From an uncultured Selenomonadales bacterium (GTDB taxonomy: Bacteria > Bacillota > Negativicutes > Selenomonadales > Selenomonadaceae): 64,000 nucleotides of DNA. This document shows positions 54,736-62,070 of this stretch, piece by piece. Position 1 is the stretch's first letter. Each line of letters opens with the position of its first letter. The stretch lies in the NCBI GenBank assembly GCA_946536925.1, contig CAMNFC010000001.1, positions 4,064 to 68,063 of the forward strand, in the 5' to 3' direction. Below the pieces are notes generated by a model that was given only the letters and a program-made list of their open reading frames with translations, was not told the origin of the DNA and ran no database searches. The translations under genes were made by a program, and so were the position numbers.

Positions 54736-55152
54736 ATGTTCGGATTCAACGCAGCAAAAATTTCTTTGACAAAATTTATTTTGCTTCTCGCCGTGGCTTT
54801 GGCGACGAATTTTGCATTCACTCCTTCGGCAAGTGCCGACCCCTACGTCACGTACAACATCAGCAATCTGTATTTTTTCAACGGCAACCAAATAAAAGTT
54901 GAAGGAACTCTTTCCAACACGGGCGACACGGACGCCACCGTCACAGAAATTTATATCAGCTCCATTCAAGTTTGGGACGTCAACGACAATGTTCTTTTCA
55001 ACGGCTGGCTCAGAATGTCGAACATGAGCGTTTATCTTTCTGCCGGCGGAAGCACCTATTACGAATTTTACGTCAACGGACTCGAACTTCCCTACTACGA
55101 AGGCTACATGAGGTGGCGTTACGACTCAACCATCAGCTGGCAAAGACATTGA
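54736..55152 (+). CDS. Small secreted protein, unknown function
   Basis: A signal peptide (ILLLAVALATNFAFTPSASA) is followed by a ~110-aa beta-rich domain. The ATG at 54736 follows GAGGTGAGG. Confidence 0.5.
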   Translation: MFGFNAAKISLTKFILLLAVALATNFAFTPSASADPYVTYNISNLYFFNGNQIKVEGTLSNTGDTDATVTEIYISSIQVWDVNDNVLFNGWLRMSNMSVYLSAGGSTYYEFYVNGLELPYYEGYMRWRYDSTISWQRH

Positions 55153-55221
55153 AAAATAATTCGTGACAACCCGACGACAAAGTTTTAAAATCTCCTTGAA
55201 AATTTTCGAGGAGGTTTTTTT
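55150..55221 (+). repeat. Junction cassette copy A (~72 nt, carries RBS)
   Basis: TGAAAAATAATTCGTGACAACCCGACGACAAAGTTTTAAAATCTCCTTGAAAATTTTCGAGGAGGTTTTTTT. Near-identical copies lie at 56273 and 57404. Confidence 0.85.
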
Positions 55222-56289
55222 GTGGCTGAAAAAAATTTTGCTTTCGAGTCGGGGAAAATTTCAATCGCTTTTTCTTTGATGAGCTGGAACGGTTTGGGCG
55301 ATTCTCTCATCGCCAAAAAAGTTTTCGACGCGCTGATTGAACTCGCGCCCGATTGCGTCATCGATATTTTTGTCGGGAACACCACGCAGGAAATTTTTGC
55401 AAAATCTTTTTACTCCGACAGCAAAAATTTAAATCTCATCTTGAGCTATGACGAACTTTATAAAGAAGCCGCGAAATATTATGACTTGGCGTTGTGGGTC
55501 GGCGGCAGTCACGTCGTTTTTTTGGACGCGGTGAACGTTGCGCGGCTACGGGCGGCGTCGCCGAAACTTTTGGAGAGCGTCATAAAAATCGACGAATACA
55601 ATAAAAAGAACGTTAAAGATTTCGGATTCTGGGGAACGTCCGTGGCTTTTCGCAACATGATGACGGCTCGCATTTTGAACAAAAGTTGCTTTGAATTTCT
55701 TTCGTGCGACGGAGCCTTGCCGATTCGTGACGACAAGATAAAAATTCCGCTCGCCCCCGAAGTCAAACCCGTCTTTGAAAGTTTGAAGCTCGGCAAGTAC
55801 ATCACGATTTACTCGAACATCGGGCGCGACGAAGTTCGTCCGAAAGTCAAAACCTGGCCGATGAAATATCTCGTCGAATATGTTTCACGCATGAAAAAAC
55901 GTTTCCCTTCCGTCGAAATTATTCAAGTCGGCGGTGGCGGCGAAGCTTTGATTGAAAACGTCGACCGAGAAGCTTTGGGTTGCGACTTGGAGCTGACGAA
56001 ATATGTTTTGGCGAACAGTTTGTTGCACGTCGGTTGCGAAGGCGGCCTTGTTCATTTGGCGACGGCTCTGGGAACGAAATGCCTGATTCTCTTCGGATCG
56101 AACGCCGTCGAATATTTCGGCTACAAACAAAATATAAATCTCGTCTCGGAAGTTTGCAGCCCGTGCATGTACATTCTCCCCGACTTTAGAATTTGTTTGC
56201 GCGGAGCAAAAGAGCCGCCCTGCATGTTGAACTTCACGCCGCAGACCGTCTGCTCCGTCACTTGCACGTACTTGAAAAATAATTCGTGA
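55222..56289 (+). CDS. Glycosyltransferase family 9-like (heptosyltransferase-like) protein, paralog 1
   Basis: The N-terminus GLGDSLIAKKVFDALIELAPDCVIDIFV and the C-terminus LLHVGCEGGLVHLATALGTKCLILFG parallel the RfaF/RfaC motifs (GD...A...L and NDSG.MH.AAALG.P.V.LFG). GTG start after GGAGG. Confidence 0.6.
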   Translation: MAEKNFAFESGKISIAFSLMSWNGLGDSLIAKKVFDALIELAPDCVIDIFVGNTTQEIFAKSFYSDSKNLNLILSYDELYKEAAKYYDLALWVGGSHVVFLDAVNVARLRAASPKLLESVIKIDEYNKKNVKDFGFWGTSVAFRNMMTARILNKSCFEFLSCDGALPIRDDKIKIPLAPEVKPVFESLKLGKYITIYSNIGRDEVRPKVKTWPMKYLVEYVSRMKKRFPSVEIIQVGGGGEALIENVDREALGCDLELTKYVLANSLLHVGCEGGLVHLATALGTKCLILFGSNAVEYFGYKQNINLVSEVCSPCMYILPDFRICLRGAKEPPCMLNFTPQTVCSVTCTYLKNNS

Positions 56290-56345
56290 CAACCCGGCGA
56301 CAAAGTTTTAAAATCTCCTTGAAAATTTTTCTAGGAGGTTTTTTT
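56273..56345 (+). repeat. Junction cassette copy B
   Basis: Same sequence as copy A with 3-4 differences. It spans the 3' end of GT9 paralog 1 and the RBS of paralog 2. Confidence 0.85.
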
Positions 56346-57420
56346 GTGGCTGAAAAAAATTTTGCTTTCGAGTCGGGGAAAGTTTCAATCGCTTTTCCTT
56401 GTCCGGACACTTTGGGCGATTGCCTCATCGCCAAAAAAGTTTTCGACGCTCTCGTTGAATTGGTTCCGGATTGCAGGATTGATATTTTTTACAACAGTGA
56501 GCGCGGCAAAAATTATGTCGAAGCTTTTTACGGCCAGAGCAAAAATTTGAATTGCATTTTGAGTTTCCAAAATTTTTATCAGCAAAACGTCCGAAAGTAT
56601 GACGCGGCTCTTCGCGTGTGGCACATGGTTTTAATCGACTTCGCCAATGTTGAACGGCTGCAAAAAATTTCGCCCGCCCTCCTGCACTGCTTGCAAGGGA
56701 TCGACGCTTACAACAAAAGATATGTTTTCAACACGGACGCGGTCGGAATAATTCTTCGCAACATAACACGGGCGCACATTTTGGGAATCAATCGCTATAC
56801 TTGTCTTTCGTGCGGCGGAGCCTTGCCGATTCACGACAACAAAGTTGAAATTCATCTGTCACCCGAAGGCGACCGTCAATTTAAAAATTTGGGCTTGAGC
56901 AAAAATTATATAACCGTCGGCTCGAACGTGGGCGAAAAAAATAATTTGGCGCGTCACTCGCTGAAAGAATGGCCGACTGCTTGCGTGACGGAATACATTT
57001 CCCTGCTCAACATTCATTTGCCGCAAGTGGCTGTCGTTCAGATCGGCGGGGGGGGGGGTAGATTTTTTTTCCAACGCAGACTTTCATTTGCTCGACGCGG
57101 ACATGGAACTCGTCAAGCACGTTTTGAAAAATTCTCTGTTGCACGTCGACTGCGAGAGCGGCCTGGTTCATCTGGCGTCGCAGCTCGGAACAAAATGTTT
57201 GGTGCTCTTCGGGCCGACGGACGAAAAATATTACGGCTTCAAAGAAAATCTGAACATCGTCTCGGATATTTGTCGACCGTGCGTTTGGGCGTGGGACGAC
57301 GGCTCGACTTGTTTGCGCGGAGAAAAAGTGCCGCCCTGCATGTTGAACATCACGCCGCAAACCGTTTGCTCCGTCACGTGCAATTACATAAATCATCTTG
57401 AGCTGAAAAATAATTCGTGA
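56346..57420 (+). pseudogene. GT9-like glycosyltransferase paralog 2, reading frame broken at a G11 tract (phase-off state or sequencing error)
   Basis: Residues 1-236 align with paralog 1 up to QIGGGG. After the G11 run (57048-57058) homology continues in the -1 frame (track ORF 57088..57420: LLHVDCESGLVHLASQLGTKCLVLFG). Deleting one G restores a single ~357-aa ORF. Confidence 0.7.
57048..57070 (+). repeat. Homopolymeric G11 tract followed by T8 inside GT9 paralog 2
   Basis: The sequence CGGGGGGGGGGGTAGATTTTTTTT was counted directly. Paralog 1 has the interrupted GGCGGTGGCGGC at the same position. Confidence 0.9.
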
Positions 57421-57476
57421 CAATCGGGCGATAAAACGTTAAAATCCTTCTTGAAAATTTTCGAGGAGGTTTTTTT
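57404..57476 (+). repeat. Junction cassette copy C (immediately upstream of livH)
   Basis: TGAAAAATAATTCGTGACAATCGGGCGATAAAACGTTAAAATCCTTCTTGAAAATTTTCGAGGAGGTTTTTTT, then the ATG of livH. Confidence 0.8.
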
Positions 57477-58364
57477 ATGGACTTTATCCATCAACTCGTG
57501 CAGCAGTTGATAAACGGCGTGAGTCTGGGCAGCATCTACGCGCTGATTGCGCTGGGTTACACAATGATTTACGGCATCATAAAGTTGATAAATTTCGCGC
57601 ACGGCGACGTTTACATGGTCGGCGCGTATATCGGCTTCGCGGCGGTCACTTTCGGGCACATGTCGATTTTCCCCGCACTTTTAATTTCAATGGCTCTGAC
57701 GGCTCTGCTCGGAATGCTCGTGGAAAGAATCGCCTACAAGCCTCTGCGTCACGCGCCGAGAATTTCTTTGCTCATCACGGCAATCGGCGTCTCGTTTTTT
57801 TTGGAATACACGAGCATGTATTTCGTCACGCCCACGCCGCGAACTTTCCCCGAAGTCATGCCGAATATTTCTTTCAACGTGGCGGGCTTCATCATCAACG
57901 GACAACAGCTCCTTATCTTGAGCATAACGATAATTTTAATGGCGATTTTGACTTACATTGTCCAAAAGACGAAACTCGGAAAAGCGATGCGCGCGGCCAG
58001 CTTCGACACGGAAACCGCGCAACTCATGGGCGTCGACTCCGACAAAGTTATCTCCATGACTTTTTGTATCGGCTCGGCACTGGCGGCTGCGGCGGGCGTT
58101 TTGGTCGGCGTCTATTACAACACGATTGATCCGCTCATGGGAATCATGCCGGGCTTGAAGGCGTTCGTTGCGGCGGTGCTCGGAGGTATCGGAATTTTGC
58201 CGGGCGCGGTCGTCGGTGGAATTGTTTTGGGCGTCGTGGAAGCTTTGGTTGCCGGTTTCATCTCCTCGACTTTCAGAGACGCGGCGGCCTTCGCGATTTT
58301 GATTTTGGTTTTGCTGATCAAACCGAGCGGACTTTTTGGAAAAAATACTAACGAGAAAGTGTGA
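57477..58364 (+). CDS. livH: Branched-chain amino acid ABC transporter permease
   Basis: LINGVSLGSIYALIALGYTMIYG ... NFAHGD is the LivH pattern. Confidence 0.9.
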   Translation: MDFIHQLVQQLINGVSLGSIYALIALGYTMIYGIIKLINFAHGDVYMVGAYIGFAAVTFGHMSIFPALLISMALTALLGMLVERIAYKPLRHAPRISLLITAIGVSFFLEYTSMYFVTPTPRTFPEVMPNISFNVAGFIINGQQLLILSITIILMAILTYIVQKTKLGKAMRAASFDTETAQLMGVDSDKVISMTFCIGSALAAAAGVLVGVYYNTIDPLMGIMPGLKAFVAAVLGGIGILPGAVVGGIVLGVVEALVAGFISSTFRDAAAFAILILVLLIKPSGLFGKNTNEKV

Positions 58365-58368
58365 CGAT

Positions 58369-59334
58369 ATGAATTCGGCGAGAAAAAGAGATTTGGTGAT
58401 GCTCGTCTTCGCGCTGGTGCTCTACGGCATTTTGCAGACGATGATAAGCACAAAAATTATCGGCTCGTTTTGGGAGCTGAACATAATTTTGATTTGCGTG
58501 AACATAATTCTTTCGGCGAGCCTGAATTTAATCAACGGCTACACGGGACAATTTTCTTTGGGACACGCGGGCTTCATGGCGGTCGGAGCGTACGTCGGGG
58601 TCGTGGCCACCGTCAAGTTTGGGTTGCCTTTGATCGTCGCGTTGATTTTGGGAGCAGTGGCGGCCGGCTTCCTCGGATTTTTAATCGGACTTCCGACGCT
58701 TCGACTGCGCGGCGACTATCTGGCTATCGCGACGCTCGGCCTGGGTGAAATCATCCGAATCGTCATCATGAACATCGATTACGTCGGCGGCGCGGCCGGC
58801 TTCAAAGGCATTCCGCATCTGACGAATTTCACGTGGGTTTTCTTCGTCATGCTCGCGACTTTGTTCTTCATAAAAAATTTCGTGAACTCTTCGCACGGTC
58901 GAGCTTGCATTGCCATTCGCGAAAACGAAATCGCGGCGGAGGCCATGGGCGTCAACACGACAAAATATAAAGTTATGGCGTTCACGTTGGGCGCGGCGTT
59001 CGCGGGCGTGGCGGGCGGTCTCTTCGCGCACCAATTTTATTTAATCAGCCCGACGTCGTTTACGTTCTTGTCGTCGTTCAACTATTTGATAATGGTCGTT
59101 ATGGGCGGCATGGGTTCAATCACCGGTTCAATCGCGGGCGCGTTCGTCGTGACGTTCATTTCGGCGGCGTTGGCGTCCTTCCCCGAAGCCCGCATGATTA
59201 TCTACGCGCTGGCTTTGATTTTGATGATGTTCTATCGCCCGCAAGGTTTGTTCGGTTACATGGAGCTGACCAACGTCGGTCCGATTAAAAAATTCCTGGA
59301 CAAAGTTTCGGGCGCAAAGGAGGCGGCAACATGA
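58369..59334 (+). CDS. livM: Branched-chain amino acid ABC transporter permease
   Basis: LNLINGYTGQFSLGHAGFMAVGAY ... LRGDYLAIATLG. The ATG at 58369 was chosen as the start. Confidence 0.9.
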   Translation: MNSARKRDLVMLVFALVLYGILQTMISTKIIGSFWELNIILICVNIILSASLNLINGYTGQFSLGHAGFMAVGAYVGVVATVKFGLPLIVALILGAVAAGFLGFLIGLPTLRLRGDYLAIATLGLGEIIRIVIMNIDYVGGAAGFKGIPHLTNFTWVFFVMLATLFFIKNFVNSSHGRACIAIRENEIAAEAMGVNTTKYKVMAFTLGAAFAGVAGGLFAHQFYLISPTSFTFLSSFNYLIMVVMGGMGSITGSIAGAFVVTFISAALASFPEARMIIYALALILMMFYRPQGLFGYMELTNVGPIKKFLDKVSGAKEAAT

Positions 59335-59546
59335 ACAGTTACAAGTTGGACGCAATCGCCCTTATCGAAAATCTTCCCGACGACAAAGCGGAGACCGTCT
59401 TAAAAATTTTAGAAAACGTCTGCGAGCTGCTCAGCGTCGATTCAAATCGTCACGAACGATTAATCGGGCACGCCGAGGAGAGATTGGCACTCATGGAAGA
59501 GATTGAAAATTTGATCGGCGAGGAGAGTGATACCAAAGATGGCTGA
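59331..59546 (+). CDS. Small acidic hypothetical protein (71 aa) between livM and livG
   Basis: An ATGA overlap joins it to the livM stop, and its 3' end overlaps the livG start by 8 nt. It is helical and acidic, with no recognisable family. Confidence 0.35.
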   Translation: MNSYKLDAIALIENLPDDKAETVLKILENVCELLSVDSNRHERLIGHAEERLALMEEIENLIGEESDTKDG

Positions 59547-60318
59547 CAAACATTTGCTGGAAACCGTCGACGTGTCGGAAGTCTTCGGCGGGCTCAAGGC
59601 GGTCTCGGATTTTAACATTTACATTGACAAAGGCGAGCTCATCGGCTTAATCGGACCGAACGGCGCGGGCAAGACGACGGCTTTCAATTTGATAACGGGC
59701 GTTTACAAACCGACGACGGGCGAGATAACTTTCGACGGCAAGTCACTCGTCGGGCTCAAGCCTTACGAAATTACTCAGCGCGGAATCGCCCGCACCTTCC
59801 AAAACATTCGGCTCTTCAGCGAGCTCAGCGTCCTCGACAACGTCAAAATCGCTTACCACTGTCACGTTAAATACGGGCTGATTGAAACTGTCCTGCGCAT
59901 GGGTCGCTACTTCGGCGAAGAAAAAAATATTGAGGACGAAGCTCTCAATCTGCTGAAAATTTTTAAGCTGGACGAGCACGCTTACGAGGTCGCGAAGAAT
60001 CTTCCTTACGGTGCACAGCGGCGTTTGGAAATCGCGCGCGCCCTTGCCGCCAAGCCGAAACTTTTGCTCCTCGACGAGCCCGCCGCCGGCATGAATCCGC
60101 AAGAGACGCAGGAGCTCATGGAAATGATTCGCTGGATAAGAAAGCAATTCGGGCTGACGGTTCTTTTAATCGAACACGACATGAGTTTGGTCATGGGCAT
60201 TTGCGAGCGCATTTACGTCCTCGAATACGGCATGATTATCGCCGACGGCACGCCCGCCGAAATTCAAAACAACCCCGAAGTCATTCGCGCATACCTGGGA
60301 GCGGAGGCAATTAACTGA
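59539..60318 (+). CDS. livG: Branched-chain amino acid ABC transporter ATP-binding protein
   Basis: GLIGPNGAGKTT, LPYGAQRRLEIARAL and LLLDEPAAGM motifs. Confidence 0.9.
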   Translation: MADKHLLETVDVSEVFGGLKAVSDFNIYIDKGELIGLIGPNGAGKTTAFNLITGVYKPTTGEITFDGKSLVGLKPYEITQRGIARTFQNIRLFSELSVLDNVKIAYHCHVKYGLIETVLRMGRYFGEEKNIEDEALNLLKIFKLDEHAYEVAKNLPYGAQRRLEIARALAAKPKLLLLDEPAAGMNPQETQELMEMIRWIRKQFGLTVLLIEHDMSLVMGICERIYVLEYGMIIADGTPAEIQNNPEVIRAYLGAEAIN

Positions 60319-61256
60319 TGGCGTACAAGACTTTGCTCTTCGGCACGGACGATCTTTTCGAGACGCTCAAACCTTTTTATCTTAAAGCAGCGGAGCAGGG
60401 CACTTTGGAAATCGTCGCCGCCGCCGTCTTCGAGAACGGAAGGTTTAATCTCGTCACGGACAAGGTTGACACGGGGGGTAATCTCGACGTTGACATCGCT
60501 ATAATTTCTTCCCAAAATAATTTTTATGACCGAATGAAGCAGCTCGAAGCATTGGGAATTCCGCGCAACAGAATCATCGACGGCAAAGTTTTTTTCAGAT
60601 CGATAAATTTGAACTTCCCGCGTCTGCTGAACGAAGGCGTTGCTTATGATCTGTTCAATCCGGGCTCATTCAGTGATTATTCTTCGCATGGAACGATTAC
60701 CAGAATATATCCGAGAGTTTATATCACTCCTTCCAACAACATGATTTTGAAATTTGATACGGGCGGATATATGGCAGAAGCTAAATTTGAAGGAACCGGA
60801 TTAGTGTCTGTCGGAAAGTATTGTTCAATTTCATGGGAAGAAAGATTTAAGCTTGGCGTGAACGGCGGACATAATTATCGGAATGTGTCTACGTTTGGAG
60901 ATTTTGAATGGCCGTTTCCCGCCGAATTTTGGCCGCCGCAAGGTCTGTGCAAAATTTTAATCGGCTCGGACGTTTGGATCGGGCGCGGCTGTATTTTAAA
61001 AGTGACGAACCCGAACAAGCCGCTCATCATCGGTGACGGCGCGGTCATCGCCTCGGACAGCGTGGTCGTCAAAAGTATTCCGCCCTATGCAATCGTCGGC
61101 GGCAACCCCGCAAAAATCATCAAGTATCGTTTCGAGCCGCACGTCATCGAATCTTTGCTTAGGATCAAATGGTGGGACTGGGACATCGATAAGATTCACG
61201 ATAACTTTAAATATTTTAACGACGTGGAAAAATTTATTTCACTCCACGACAAATAA
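60318..61256 (+). CDS. Hexapeptide-repeat acetyltransferase (CatB/Vat xenobiotic acetyltransferase-like) with ~190-aa N-terminal extension
   Basis: The C-terminus IGSDVWIGRGCIL ... IGDGAVIASDSVVVKSIPPYAIVGGNPAKIIKYRF ... IKWWDW is typical of the XAT family. It overlaps the livG stop by 1 nt. Confidence 0.65.
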   Translation: MAYKTLLFGTDDLFETLKPFYLKAAEQGTLEIVAAAVFENGRFNLVTDKVDTGGNLDVDIAIISSQNNFYDRMKQLEALGIPRNRIIDGKVFFRSINLNFPRLLNEGVAYDLFNPGSFSDYSSHGTITRIYPRVYITPSNNMILKFDTGGYMAEAKFEGTGLVSVGKYCSISWEERFKLGVNGGHNYRNVSTFGDFEWPFPAEFWPPQGLCKILIGSDVWIGRGCILKVTNPNKPLIIGDGAVIASDSVVVKSIPPYAIVGGNPAKIIKYRFEPHVIESLLRIKWWDWDIDKIHDNFKYFNDVEKFISLHDK

Positions 61257-61355
61257 GGAGGTCAACGTGACGTTGCATCCTGTTGGGTTGACGTAAAAAA
61301 ATTTTCAGCTGCTCGCCGCGCTCAAACTTTATAAAAAATTTATGGTGGTGATTTT

Positions 61356-62066
61356 ATGGCAATGCTTGAAGTCAAAGATATCAACGTTTACTATGGCGCG
61401 ATTCACGCGATAAAAGGTATCAGTCTTTCCGTGGAAGAAGGCGAGATCGTCACGCTCATCGGCGCGAACGGCGCGGGCAAATCCACGACGTTGCGAACGA
61501 TTTCCGGGCTACTCAAACCCAAGACCGGCGAAATAAATTTCCTCAACAAAAATATCGCGGGGATGCCGGCGCACAAAATCGTTCGCGAAGGAATTTCTCA
61601 AGTGCCCGAAGGCCGAAGAATTTTCGCGGAGATGACCGTGCTGGAAAATTTGGAACTGGGAGCTTTCACGCGCTCGGACAAAGAAGAAATTCAAAACGAT
61701 TTAAAAATGGTTTTCGGACGTTTCCCGCGTTTGGAAGAAAGAAAATCTCAACCGGCCGGCACACTCTCCGGCGGCGAACAACAAATGCTGGCCATGGGTC
61801 GCGCGCTGATGAGTCGCCCGAAACTTTTGCTCCTCGACGAGCCGAGCATGGGGCTTGCGCCTCTTTTGATCCGCGAAATTTTTTCAATCATCACCGACAT
61901 CCACAAGACGGGCACGACCGTTTTGCTTGTCGAACAGAACGCGAACATGGCTCTGTCGATTGCGAACCGCGCGTACGTTTTGGAGACGGGGCGAATCACT
62001 CTGACCGGCGACGCAAAAGAATTGGCAGCCAGCGAAGAAATCCGCAAGGCCTATCTGGGAGGATAA
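61356..62066 (+). CDS. livF: Branched-chain amino acid ABC transporter ATP-binding protein
   Basis: LIGANGAGKSTT, LSGGEQQMLAMGRAL and LLLDEPSMGLAP motifs. Confidence 0.9.
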   Translation: MAMLEVKDINVYYGAIHAIKGISLSVEEGEIVTLIGANGAGKSTTLRTISGLLKPKTGEINFLNKNIAGMPAHKIVREGISQVPEGRRIFAEMTVLENLELGAFTRSDKEEIQNDLKMVFGRFPRLEERKSQPAGTLSGGEQQMLAMGRALMSRPKLLLLDEPSMGLAPLLIREIFSIITDIHKTGTTVLLVEQNANMALSIANRAYVLETGRITLTGDAKELAASEEIRKAYLGG

Positions 62067-62070
62067 CTTT

